A stretch of DNA of 64,000 bases from Eubacteriales bacterium (GCA_045577455.1 JAZNIJ010000160.1:9605-73604); one strand, 5' to 3'. Shown: positions 49,835 to 59,090, counted from the first letter of the stretch. The notes: generated from the letters alone by a model not told the origin. Program-made: numbers and translations.

Positions 49835-50482
49835 TTATTTCTCTGCAGCAACAATTGCAACGCCTGCTGATGCGCCAATGCGGTTTGCACCTGCGTTAAT
49901 CATAGCGATTGCAGTTTCGTAATCTCTTACACCGCCCGATGCTTTTATAAAGCTCTGGTCTCCAACTGTTGCTTTGATAAGTGCAATATCTTCAACTGTT
50001 GCAGAACCCTTTGCAAAGCCGGTGCAGGTTTTAACAAAGTCTGCTTTTGCTTCAAGGCAGAGCTTGGAAACAGCAACTTTTTCAGAATCTTCAAGAAGTC
50101 CGGTTTCAATAATAACCTTTAATGTTTTATCACCAATTGCCTTTTTAACTGCCGCAATGTCAGAACGAACAAAGTCATAATCTCCGTCTTTCAGCTTGCC
50201 AATGTTGATAACCATATCAAATTCGTCGCAACCGTCTTTCAATGCTTCCATTGCTTCAAAAACTTTTGTTTCTGTTTTGTTTGCGCCCAAAGGAAAGCCG
50301 ATAACTGTGCAGATTTTAACGCTTGTACCTTCAAGAAGTGCTTTTGCAGCAGCAACATTGCAAGGGTTAACGCAAACAGATGCAAAGGAATATTCTCTTG
50401 CTTCGTCGCAGAGCTTTTTAAGTTCTTCTGCTGTTGCGGTGGGTTTTAAAAGTGTATGGTCAATGTATGATGCTATTTTCAT
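49835..50482 (-). CDS. deoC: deoxyribose-phosphate aldolase
   Basis: MKIASYIDHTLLKPTAT..., with the catalytic-Lys context ADFVKTCTGF and IKASGGVR. Confidence 0.9.
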   Translation of the reverse strand: MKIASYIDHTLLKPTATAEELKKLCDEAREYSFASVCVNPCNVAAAKALLEGTSVKICTVIGFPLGANKTETKVFEAMEALKDGCDEFDMVINIGKLKDGDYDFVRSDIAAVKKAIGDKTLKVIIETGLLEDSEKVAVSKLCLEAKADFVKTCTGFAKGSATVEDIALIKATVGDQSFIKASGGVRDYETAIAMINAGANRIGASAGVAIVAAEK

Positions 50483-50497
50483 GTTTTTACCTCTCTA

Positions 50498-50530
50498 TTC
50501 ACTTATCACTTATCATTTATCACTTATCAC
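50498..50530 (-). repeat. GTGATAA heptamer array (about 5 units) filling the ilvE-deoC spacer
   Basis: The minus strand reads aagTGAtaagtgataaatgataagtgataagtgaa. The first unit contains the ilvE TGA stop, and the array ends at the deoC RBS. Confidence 0.9.
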
Positions 50531-51552
50531 TTAATTCTTACAATCCATCCTTCGGGAGCTTCTATTCTGCCCATCTGGATTCCTGTAAGAGTGTCATAGA
50601 GCTTCTTTGTTATTGGGCCCATTTCGGTTTGGCTGTCTTTGAAAACAATTTCCTTGCCGTGGTCGTTAATTCTTCCAACAGGGGAGATAACTGCTGCTGT
50701 CCCGCAGAGACCACATTCAACAAAGTCAGAAAGTTCTTCTTTGTAAATTTCTCTTTCTTCTGTTTCAAGTCCAAGATAATCTTTGGCAACTGCAAGAAGT
50801 GAGCGTCTTGTGATTGAAGGGAGAATAGTTTCGGATTTAGGAGTTACAACCTTACCGTCTTTTGTTATAAAGATAATGTTTGCTCCGCCTGTTTCTTCAA
50901 TCTTTGTTTTTGTTGCAGCATCGAGATAAAGGTTTTCGTCAAACCCTAAATCGTGTGCTTCAACAATGTTGTATAAGCTCATTGCATAGTTAAGACCTGC
51001 TTTGATATGACCTGTTCCCTTTGGAGCTGCTCTGTCAAGGTCAGAAAGACGGATGTTAAGAGGACGAACACCACCCTTGAAATATGGGCCAACAGGTGTT
51101 GCAAACATTCTGAACTGGTATTCCTCTGCCGGCTTAACACCAATAACAGGACTGCTTCCAAACATATATGGTCTCAGGTAAAGAGTTGCTCCTGAGCCGT
51201 ATGGAGGAACATAATCTTCGTTAGCAGCAACAACTTGTTTAACTGCATCAACAAACATTCCTTCCGGAAGTGTTGGTATACGGAGCTTGAGTGCAGAATC
51301 GTGAATTCTCTGTGCGTTAAGGTCGGGGCGGAATGTAACAATATGTCCGTCTTCGGTTGTGTATGCCTTCAAGCCCTCAAAACAAGTCTGAGCGTATTGA
51401 AGTACACCTGCACATTCGCTGATAACAACATTTGCATCTTCTGTAAGGCATCCGTTGTCCCATTCTCCGTTTTTATAGTTGGCAACAAATCTTTTTGCGG
51501 TTTTGATATATCCAAACCCAAGGTTGCCCCAATCAATGTTTTGCTTTGCCAT
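50527..51552 (-). CDS. ilvE: branched-chain amino acid aminotransferase
   Basis: 341 aa. The NIDWGNLGFGYIKT N-terminus and the overall class IV aminotransferase pattern. Confidence 0.85.
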   Translation of the reverse strand: MAKQNIDWGNLGFGYIKTAKRFVANYKNGEWDNGCLTEDANVVISECAGVLQYAQTCFEGLKAYTTEDGHIVTFRPDLNAQRIHDSALKLRIPTLPEGMFVDAVKQVVAANEDYVPPYGSGATLYLRPYMFGSSPVIGVKPAEEYQFRMFATPVGPYFKGGVRPLNIRLSDLDRAAPKGTGHIKAGLNYAMSLYNIVEAHDLGFDENLYLDAATKTKIEETGGANIIFITKDGKVVTPKSETILPSITRRSLLAVAKDYLGLETEEREIYKEELSDFVECGLCGTAAVISPVGRINDHGKEIVFKDSQTEMGPITKKLYDTLTGIQMGRIEAPEGWIVRIK

Positions 51553-51595
51553 ATTTTTTCCTCCAAGCGTATAAATTGAAAATTGATAATTGAAA

Positions 51596-51637
51596 GTTGA
51601 AAAATTCAGAAATGTTGCGATAAGTAAAACATTTCTG
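51596..51637 (-). promoter_or_regulatory. terminator-like hairpin in the ilvE 5' leader
   Basis: On the minus strand: TGGTATAAT (-10, 51660-51652), then CAGAAATGTT-loop-AACATTTCTG, then AATTTTTC, then TTCAATT-type heptamers and GGAGG. Confidence 0.45.
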
Positions 51638-51857
51638 CAATTTACATCTATTATACCACTTTATTTTTCAGTATGCAATATATTTTTTGATATTTTTAAA
51701 GAAAAATTGATTTTTTTCTCCTTTTTTGTTCAATTAAGTTGGTATTAAAGGGTAAAATTAAATATGCTCTTGAAATGTAACTTTAATTATAGTAATATAG
51801 TAAAAAACATAGTAATGTGGTGAAATTTTTAAAACCAAGATTAAAATGGAGTAAATT

Positions 51858-52628
51858 ATGTTTATATATGAAAACGGAGTTTTTAAATCGTCATTGCTCA
51901 TAGAGCAAAATGTTCCCCATGGATTCTCAACAAGGGCAGGGGGAATAAGCACAGCCGAAAACACAAAAACGATGAATGTGGGCTTTAATAGAGGAGACGA
52001 TGACGAAACAGTTATTGCCAATATTGAAATATTGAAAAAACTGTCGGGAGCAGAAAAAACAAAAACTGTTTATTTCCCTCAGATACATTCAAACATCGTA
52101 AGGAGAATTGAAACTACATCATTCGCATCCCCCATAGAGCCGTGCGATGGTGCTATAACTAATCAGAAAGGTGTTTCTATTTTAGCAAGGATGGCAGATT
52201 GTACACCAATACTTTTTTACGGTAACGGTGTTGTTGCCGCTGTTCACGCTGGCTGGAGGGGGACTGTTTCCAGAATTTGTGAAAGTGCTGTTACCGCTTT
52301 TAATGAATACGGTGTTAAAAGCAGTGATATAACCGTTGCCATAGGTCATTGTATACATTCCTGTTGCTTTGAGGTTAAGGAAGATTTTGTTGAAGCTGTA
52401 ACATCCCTTTGCGGAAGCGGTTTTGCAAACAGACATATTTGTAAAAATGATAAGGGATTGTTTGCAAATATGGTCTCTATGAATGTGGAAATTCTCAATG
52501 AATGTGGAGTTGCAAATATAGATGTTTCAAGCCATTGTACATCTTGTAACCCTTCTTTGTTTCATTCCCATAGAAAAACAAACGGAAACAGAGGAACAAT
52601 GGGCGCTTTGATTTCACTTCCTGAATGA
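51858..52628 (+). CDS. pgeF: peptidoglycan editing factor PgeF (YfiH/DUF152 laccase-domain family)
   Basis: PHGFSTRAGGIS, ...ADCTPILF..., AVHAGWRGT, HCIHSCCFEV. Confidence 0.85.
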   Translation: MFIYENGVFKSSLLIEQNVPHGFSTRAGGISTAENTKTMNVGFNRGDDDETVIANIEILKKLSGAEKTKTVYFPQIHSNIVRRIETTSFASPIEPCDGAITNQKGVSILARMADCTPILFYGNGVVAAVHAGWRGTVSRICESAVTAFNEYGVKSSDITVAIGHCIHSCCFEVKEDFVEAVTSLCGSGFANRHICKNDKGLFANMVSMNVEILNECGVANIDVSSHCTSCNPSLFHSHRKTNGNRGTMGALISLPE

Positions 52629-52664
52629 GTAACAATGGGCGCTTTGATTTCACTTTTTGAATAA
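52595..52664 (+). repeat. 34-bp tandem duplication of the pgeF 3' end
   Basis: aacaatgggcgctttgatttcacttcctgaatga at 52595-52628 recurs at 52631-52664 with 3 mismatches. Confidence 0.85.
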
Positions 52665-52676
52665 TGCAAATAATTG

Positions 52677-52733
52677 GAGAAATACGGATGCAGAAATGTA
52701 TCCGTGTTTTTGTACAATAAGGGAGATATTTTT
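52677..52733 (+). repeat. 57-bp direct repeat containing a terminator hairpin (copy B1)
   Basis: gagaaatACGGATgcagaaatgtATCCGTgtttttgtacaataagggagatatttt. Identical to B2 except for one extra A. Confidence 0.85.
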
Positions 52734-52846
52734 ATAAATCAGAGAGCATTGCAGAATTCCACAAGGATTATTACGCTACAAAAATATATTGAATCCAATA
52801 TATCTAAAGGACGGCAGCAAATTTGAGCAACCGTCCTTTTGATTTT

Positions 52847-53185
52847 TTAATTTGTCTTATATTTTTCCATTTCAAGCAAAATCTTATAAAGCTGCTCTTG
52901 CTCCTCTTTGGATTTGGTAGAGATGAACTCATAGCAGGTAAGTGGAATGTTTTCTGCTTCATTCTCTTGACCGCCTAACTTTTCAAACAATTTTGAAAGA
53001 GTAATGCCAAGGGCGTTGGCTATTCGTTCTATGCTTTCAAGCGTTGCATTCTTTTCGCCTCGTTCAAGTTGCCCAATGTAGGTTGGATGACAACCCGAAA
53101 GCTCAGCTAACTTTTCCTGACTCAGCCCCTTTTGTGTTCTGTAGTTTCTGATGCGCTGTCCAACAGCTTTTGCGATATCGCTCAT
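52847..53185 (-). CDS. XRE-family HTH transcriptional regulator
   Basis: 112 aa. LSQEKLAELSGCHPTYIGQLERGEKNA HTH. Same architecture as the regulator at 26398-26730. Confidence 0.8.
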   Translation of the reverse strand: MSDIAKAVGQRIRNYRTQKGLSQEKLAELSGCHPTYIGQLERGEKNATLESIERIANALGITLSKLFEKLGGQENEAENIPLTCYEFISTKSKEEQEQLYKILLEMEKYKTN

Positions 53186-53512
53186 AATCTCATACCTTCC
53201 TTTTACATATATAGTCTATAAGTATTAAAACAAATATTCCACAGACTATTGATATTATATGCCGAATGTGGTATACTATAAATATATATATCGATGAAAA
53301 CTGTGCTTATAGTGTTAGTATGTGTTTTGTTATTAAAACATCAGTTTTAAATAAACATTATATGTATTGATAATGAGAGGGATGAATTATTGGAATAAGA
53401 AATAAACGGTTTGGCGGTATTTTCATAAAGGAGCAAAAAAATTTTGATGCCCTATGGGTTAAGTGGGGAATATAAAACATAATCAAAGAGTAAATAAACA
53501 GAAAAACATTGT

Positions 53513-53569
53513 GAGAAAATACGGATGCAGAAATGTATCCGTGTTTTTGTACAATAAGGGAGATATTTT
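53513..53569 (+). repeat. 57-bp direct repeat containing a terminator hairpin (copy B2)
   Basis: gagaaaatACGGATgcagaaatgtATCCGTgtttttgtacaataagggagatatttt. Confidence 0.85.
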
Positions 53570-53654
53570 GCTAAAACTATTGACATATTTTTATTTTGCT
53601 GTAAAATGTAAATTATAAGGTAAAGTTTTGCTTTATGGCAGAGGGGGTGCAATT

Positions 53655-54437
53655 ATGATAAAATATTCCGACTTTCATATACATACGGAATTTTCCTTTG
53701 ACAGCAAAGAAAAAATTGACAGAATATGCGAAAACGCAATAAATGTTGGGCTTTCTGCGATTGCCGTTACTAATCACTATGACCACGATGGAATTGAAGA
53801 AGGGATATATGAAGAATACCTTTTTGAAAAAGACAGAGAGGATATACTTAAAGCCAAAGAACGGTGGAATGGTAAAATAAAAATATATTACGGCTTGGAA
53901 ATCGGGCAACCTCACACAATGAATGACAAGAAGATAAAAAAAATCGAAAGTATGGGTTACGAATTCATAATTGGCTCGTTGCACAATCTTAAAAACTGTT
54001 TTGATTTTTATTATCTCAACTATTCAAAAACATCACCTATGTATGACAGAGGGATTTTCAAAAAATATATAAACGAGCTTAAGGAAATTGCAAGCTGTGG
54101 GTTTATCAACACCGTAGGGCATATAACATACCCTGAAAGGTATATGAACGAAGCGGGAAAAAAGCTGTCGTATTCAGAATTTGAAGAAGATTTTGCAACC
54201 CTTTTTCAGATAATTGCAAAAAACAACCTTGCTCTTGAAATAAACACATCGGGATTAAGGCAGGGATTATTCACAACAATGCCCAAAACCGATATTCTTA
54301 CCCTTTATAAAGCAAACGGCGGTAAAAAAATCACCGTTGGCTCGGATGCTCATATTGCAAGCCACATTGGAATGGGTATCATTGAAACCATTGATAAAAT
54401 AAAATCCATTGGTTTTGAAAGCATAAACCAAATATAA
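53655..54437 (+). CDS. histidinol-phosphatase HisJ-family PHP-domain protein
   Basis: Start at the internal ATG after GAGGGGG. DFHIHTEFSFDS, ...NHYD..., GSLH, GHITYP, SDAH metal-binding motifs. Confidence 0.75.
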   Translation: MIKYSDFHIHTEFSFDSKEKIDRICENAINVGLSAIAVTNHYDHDGIEEGIYEEYLFEKDREDILKAKERWNGKIKIYYGLEIGQPHTMNDKKIKKIESMGYEFIIGSLHNLKNCFDFYYLNYSKTSPMYDRGIFKKYINELKEIASCGFINTVGHITYPERYMNEAGKKLSYSEFEEDFATLFQIIAKNNLALEINTSGLRQGLFTTMPKTDILTLYKANGGKKITVGSDAHIASHIGMGIIETIDKIKSIGFESINQI

Positions 54438-54603
54438 AGCGAAAGTTTTGCAGTAAATTAAAATCAACCAATAAGAAGCATATTTGATACAAAAAGCGAA
54501 AAAAATCATTTTTTGTTAGAAAAGATTATAAGTATACTATCAATTATTCTTGACAAAAATTGATTTTTGGGCTATAATATGTGAAAAGGAGCGTGATGAA
54601 TTT

Positions 54604-56052
54604 ATGTCTATAACTTCTAAAGAGGGAATTTTAAAAGTGCTTTCAGCATATAACCCTTGGTGGAAAACCGGTGTTGTTAATCCAAAAATGTCAAAGACAT
54701 ACAAAAGATTTGCTTTTTATGAAGCAATGAAAAAACTGAATAAAACGGATATACGCAGAACGGTTGTATTGACAGGAACACGCAGAGTTGGCAAGACTAC
54801 CATACAATATCAGATGATTGAAGCATTGTTGTCAGAAGGAGTTGCACCACAGAAGATAGTTTTCATTTCAATGGATCATCCTATGTTAAAGCTCAGCGAG
54901 TTTCAGGATATTATGGAATGTTATCACGAAAACATATATGCCGAGCAGGATGTATATTACTTTTTTGATGAGATTCAATATGCGAAAGATTGGGATCGTT
55001 GGCTGAAAATAATTTATGATACCCAACCTGATACTCATGTTGTGGCAACAGGTTCAGCAAGTCCTGCTCTTATAAAGGGCAGTCGTGAAAGCGGAGCAGG
55101 GAGATGGTCTGTAATTCAAGTTCCAACATTGTCTTTCTATGAATATTGTGAACTAATCGGGGTTGAACGCCCTGACATACCAAAAGATTTGAAAGTAACA
55201 TCATTGCTTAATAAAACTCAGATTGAACGCACACAAATTATGCTGCAACTATCAAAAGTGCAAAATCATTTTATGAGGTATTTGCAAGTTGGGGGATTTC
55301 CCGAGCTTGCATTGGCGGATAATGATTTGATGGCACAGCAAGTTTTGCGAGAGGATGTTGTTGATAAGGTACTTAAACGAGACCTTCCGTCCCTCTATAA
55401 CATTCGCAACTCAACGGAGTTAGAGCGTATTTTCCTGTATTTATGCAATGTTTCTTCTGAAATTGTTTCCATTGAGGCAATCACAAAAGAATTAAATGGT
55501 GTATCTCGTACAACGGTGGAAAATTATATTCAATTTTTAGAAAGTGCTAACCTGATATATCAAAGCTGGCCTGTTGATATGGCAGGTAAGAAAATATTGA
55601 AGTCAAGACCGAAAATATATATTGCAGATGCGGCTATACGAAACGCAGTATTGATGGACGATTCCATTATAACTGATTCCGTTGGTATGGGAAAAATAGT
55701 GGAAACTGCTGTTTATAAGCATGTTGCCGCATTTTATTGTCAATTTGCAACTTCTGTTGGATATTTCAGAGGTGGCAAAAAGAATAAAGAAATCGATGTG
55801 GTTGTAGATTATCCCAATATTCAGAATATTCTTATTGAGGTAAAATACCGCGAAGGCGCACCTATAGCAGATGATGATGCAATTGTGGAATTATGTGAAG
55901 AATCATCGGCTGCAATTGTTGTAACAAAAACAGCTAATGATTTCGGTGTTCATAACACAGCAAGCGGTAAGAATTTACTGCGAATCCCCGCATTTGCATT
56001 TTTGTATTTGTTAGGGAATGCCGAAAAACACGGCTATCGTGGAATTGAATAA
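54604..56052 (+). CDS. AAA_14 ATPase - DUF4143 protein, paralogue 5 (divergent)
   Basis: Start at internal ATG 54604 (MSITSKEG). GTRRVGKTT, YYFFDEIQ, C-terminal KEIDVVVDYPNIQNILIEVKYR. Confidence 0.75.
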   Translation: MSITSKEGILKVLSAYNPWWKTGVVNPKMSKTYKRFAFYEAMKKLNKTDIRRTVVLTGTRRVGKTTIQYQMIEALLSEGVAPQKIVFISMDHPMLKLSEFQDIMECYHENIYAEQDVYYFFDEIQYAKDWDRWLKIIYDTQPDTHVVATGSASPALIKGSRESGAGRWSVIQVPTLSFYEYCELIGVERPDIPKDLKVTSLLNKTQIERTQIMLQLSKVQNHFMRYLQVGGFPELALADNDLMAQQVLREDVVDKVLKRDLPSLYNIRNSTELERIFLYLCNVSSEIVSIEAITKELNGVSRTTVENYIQFLESANLIYQSWPVDMAGKKILKSRPKIYIADAAIRNAVLMDDSIITDSVGMGKIVETAVYKHVAAFYCQFATSVGYFRGGKKNKEIDVVVDYPNIQNILIEVKYREGAPIADDDAIVELCEESSAAIVVTKTANDFGVHNTASGKNLLRIPAFAFLYLLGNAEKHGYRGIE

Positions 56053-56118
56053 TATATAAGTTTGAAAAAACATCCGATAATACAATCCATTCTTGAAACA
56101 TAAAGGAGAATAAACATT

Positions 56119-56607
56119 ATGAACAAAAAATTTGAGCTTTTGGAATTTTTAGAAAACACAGGTATACAGGATGTTGAACAGATAGCGGCGATGCTTGATT
56201 CATCACCCGAAGTTATAAGAAAAGAAATAAAAGCGTTTGAAAAAGAAGGGGTTATTCTCGGTTATCATACCTTGATAGACTGGGACAAGGCAGGAAAAGA
56301 GTATGTAAGTGCATTTATCGAGCTTAAAGTATCACCACAGATAGACGAGGGATTTGATGCAATTGCAGGTAAGATTTATGAATACCCCGAAGTTAAAAGC
56401 GTTTATCTTATGTCATCTGCAAAATACGATTTGCTTCTCAACATAGAGGGGAGAACCTTCCGTGATGTTGCATATTTTGTTGCATACAAGTTAGCACCAC
56501 TTGAAAATATCGTTTCAACGGCAACCCATTTTGTATTGAAGAAATACAAGGATAAGGGAGTTATTTTCGGTGAATCACTTGTGGATGAAAGGGAGAATGT
56601 TCTCTGA
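56119..56607 (+). CDS. Lrp/AsnC-family transcriptional regulator
   Basis: 162 aa. N-terminal HTH plus a C-terminal RAM-like domain (VSAFIELKV...VKSVYLMSSAKYDLLL). Confidence 0.8.
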   Translation: MNKKFELLEFLENTGIQDVEQIAAMLDSSPEVIRKEIKAFEKEGVILGYHTLIDWDKAGKEYVSAFIELKVSPQIDEGFDAIAGKIYEYPEVKSVYLMSSAKYDLLLNIEGRTFRDVAYFVAYKLAPLENIVSTATHFVLKKYKDKGVIFGESLVDERENVL

Positions 56608-57767
56608 TGGATTACAGTAAACTTTTATCAACAAAGGCGCGCGATATAAAGCCGTCGGGTATCAGAAAATTTTTCGACCTTTTAAACGGCAGAAACGATA
56701 TTGTTGCACTTACCGTTGGTCAGCCCGACTTCAAAACCCCTTGGCATATAAGAGAAGCAGGTATTGAGAGCTTAAACAAGGGAAAAACATATTATACAGC
56801 AAACAGCGGACTCTCTGAGCTGAGATTTGAAATTTCAAACTATCTCAACAGAAGGTTTCAGCTTTCATACAATCCCAACGACGAAATAATTGTAACCGTT
56901 GGGGGCAGTGAAGCGATTGACATTGCCGTCCGTGCCTTGGTTAATGTTGGTGACGAGGTTATTATTCCAACACCTTCCTTTGTTTGTTATGAGCCGATAG
57001 TTGCCCTTGCAGGCGGTGTTCCTGTTATTATGGAAACAAAGCGTGAGGACGAGTTCAAAATCAACCCTGAACGGCTTAAGAACTTGATAACCCCAAAAAC
57101 AAAGCTCCTTATTCTGCCGTTTCCCAATAACCCAACAGGTGCTGTGCTTGACAGACAGAATTTAGAAGAAATTGCGTCTATACTGAGAGACACAAATATT
57201 GCCATACTTTCAGACGAAATATATGCAGAGCTTACATATGACGAAACCCATGTTTCCATCGCCTCAATTGAGGGTATGAAGGAACGCACCATAATTGCAA
57301 GCGGGTTTTCAAAGGCATATGCAATGACGGGCTGGAGAATGGGTTACTGCGTTGCTCCAAAGGAAATAACGGAGCAGATGTATAAAATCCATCAATACGC
57401 CATAATGTGTGCTCCAACAGTGAGCCAATATGCTTCAATTGAAGCAATGAAAAACGGTGATGACGATATCGAAATGATGAAAAGGGAATATAACCGCAGA
57501 AGAAAATACATCATAAGCGGACTTCGCAATATTGGTATTGATTGTTTCGAGGCAAAGGGTGCTTTTTATGTGTTCCCCAAAATCGGTGATTTTGGAATGA
57601 GCAGTGATGAGTTTTGTAACCGACTTTTAGAAGAAGGCGGAGTTGCAATTGTTCCCGGTACGGCTTTCGGTGAGTGCGGAGAGGGCTTTGCAAGAATCTC
57701 CTATGCCTATTCCGTAAAGCATATTGCAGAAGCACTTGAACGCATTGAGATGTTTATCAAGAAGTGA
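56607..57767 (+). CDS. class I/II pyridoxal-phosphate aminotransferase
   Basis: IKPSGIRKFF, GQPDF, NPTG, SGFSKAYAMTGWR (PLP lysine). ATGA-type coupling with the Lrp gene. Confidence 0.85.
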   Translation: MDYSKLLSTKARDIKPSGIRKFFDLLNGRNDIVALTVGQPDFKTPWHIREAGIESLNKGKTYYTANSGLSELRFEISNYLNRRFQLSYNPNDEIIVTVGGSEAIDIAVRALVNVGDEVIIPTPSFVCYEPIVALAGGVPVIMETKREDEFKINPERLKNLITPKTKLLILPFPNNPTGAVLDRQNLEEIASILRDTNIAILSDEIYAELTYDETHVSIASIEGMKERTIIASGFSKAYAMTGWRMGYCVAPKEITEQMYKIHQYAIMCAPTVSQYASIEAMKNGDDDIEMMKREYNRRRKYIISGLRNIGIDCFEAKGAFYVFPKIGDFGMSSDEFCNRLLEEGGVAIVPGTAFGECGEGFARISYAYSVKHIAEALERIEMFIKK

Positions 57768-57819
57768 TAAGTGATAAGCGATAGGTGATAGGTGATAAGT
57801 GATAAGTGATAAGTGATAT
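57764..57819 (+). repeat. GTGATAA heptamer array (8 units) filling the aminotransferase-proC spacer
   Basis: The first unit contains the TGA stop (57765-57767). The last unit abuts the proC GGAGGA at 57820. Confidence 0.95.
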
Positions 57820-57829
57820 GGAGGATAGA

Positions 57830-58639
57830 ATGAAAAGAGAAAAGATATGCTTTATCGGTGGCGGAAACATGGGCGAAGCCATCATAAGGGGGCTTATTGA
57901 CAAGAAGCTCTGCGAAAAAGAGAACATATGGCTTTATGAAATAGACAAGGCGAAGCAGGAAAAATTCAGCCGTATTGGGGTTAATATTGCAAAGACACCA
58001 ACTGACGGAATAAGTGAAAGCGACTTTGTGCTTTTAGCGTTGAAGCCGGGGGTTATCAGAGGGTTTTTAACTGAAAACAAAGAAGCGTTACAGGGCAAGG
58101 TCATTATTTCCATTGCCGCATCTGTGCCAATCAGCTTGATTTGTGAGGTTTTGGGTGATAGCACTCCTGCAATCCGCATAATGCCAAACACACCAATGCT
58201 TGTAGGTAAGGGCGCTTCTGCAATCTCTGCAAACGATAATGTAACAAAGAAGGATTTTCAGTATATCTGCCGTCTGTTTTCGGGTATTTCCCTCGTTTCC
58301 GTACTTGAAGAAGAAAATATGAACAGGGTTATTTCCGTCAACGGGTCATCACCTGCGTATGTTTACGCTTTTATTCGTGGGATGTTAAACGGTGCAATTG
58401 AACAGGGGATAGACGAAAAACAGGCGTTGCCACTTATCCTTCGCACAATCGAGGGTGCGGTGAAGATGGTTGAGAAATCCGATGTTTCCATTGACACACT
58501 TATTGAGCGTGTATGCTCACCGGGCGGCACAACTCTCGAAGCAATGAAGGTTTTCTCTGAAAAGGATTTTGAAAAAATCATTGCCGAAGCTATGACCGCT
58601 TGCACAAACAGAGCCGACGAGATAACAGAAATGCTCTAA
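57830..58639 (+). CDS. proC: pyrroline-5-carboxylate reductase
   Basis: Start at the internal ATG after GGAGGA. ICFIGGGNMGEAI Rossmann loop. C-terminal SPGGTTLEA motif. Confidence 0.9.
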   Translation: MKREKICFIGGGNMGEAIIRGLIDKKLCEKENIWLYEIDKAKQEKFSRIGVNIAKTPTDGISESDFVLLALKPGVIRGFLTENKEALQGKVIISIAASVPISLICEVLGDSTPAIRIMPNTPMLVGKGASAISANDNVTKKDFQYICRLFSGISLVSVLEEENMNRVISVNGSSPAYVYAFIRGMLNGAIEQGIDEKQALPLILRTIEGAVKMVEKSDVSIDTLIERVCSPGGTTLEAMKVFSEKDFEKIIAEAMTACTNRADEITEML

Positions 58640-58642
58640 TTG

Positions 58643-58668
58643 TTGGGTGCTTTTGAAAAAGCACCCAA
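58643..58668. repeat. perfect 12-bp-arm palindrome TTGGGTGCTTTT-GA-AAAAGCACCCAA
   Basis: Just after the proC stop. Same architecture as the GTGGGTGTTTTT-TC-AAAAACACCCAC core of the composite repeat. Confidence 0.7.
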
Positions 58669-58815
58669 ACCCGAAAACTTTAATGTGCTACGCAATGTTT
58701 AGTGCTTATTTGTTGTAGGGTGGTATGGGGATGTGATTTTGAAGTTGGAAGTCAAAATAAAGCTCTAAAACCAAACAAATCCCGAAAATGGACATTTTAT
58801 AAAAACTCAATAAAA

Positions 58816-58857
58816 GAAAAACGGTGTTTCACTTTAATAGTAGAATCACCGTTTTTT
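58816..58857 (+). terminator. terminator-like hairpin (left copy of a ~42-bp direct repeat)
   Basis: AAAAACGGTG-20 nt-CACCGTTTTTT. Confidence 0.55.
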
Positions 58858-58937
58858 GCGCATAGCGAATAAAAGTTTTTGGGGTGTGGGGTGTTTTTTC
58901 AAAAACACCCCATAAAACCCTCGTAAATCTTCGTAAA
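58858..58937 (+). repeat. composite intergenic repeat, short GGGGTG subtype (E5)
   Basis: gcgcatagcgaataaaagtttttGGGGTGTGGGGTGTTTTTTCAAAAACACCCCATaaaaccctcgtaaa. Confidence 0.8.
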
Positions 58938-58940
58938 AAG

Positions 58941-58980
58941 AAAAACGGTGTCTCACTTAATTGTGAAAGCACCGTTTTTT
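58941..58980 (+). terminator. terminator-like hairpin (right copy of the direct repeat)
   Basis: AAAAACGGTG-19 nt-CACCGTTTTTT. About 85% identical to 58816-58857. Confidence 0.55.
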
Positions 58981-59090
58981 ATATCGGATTAAAATAGTTG
59001 TTTCCGTAAGTTTGACGCTATACTTTCCAACTTTCACATATTGTGCGATTATAGTGTAAATAATAATAAAAATTACAAGGAGGAGATAAA

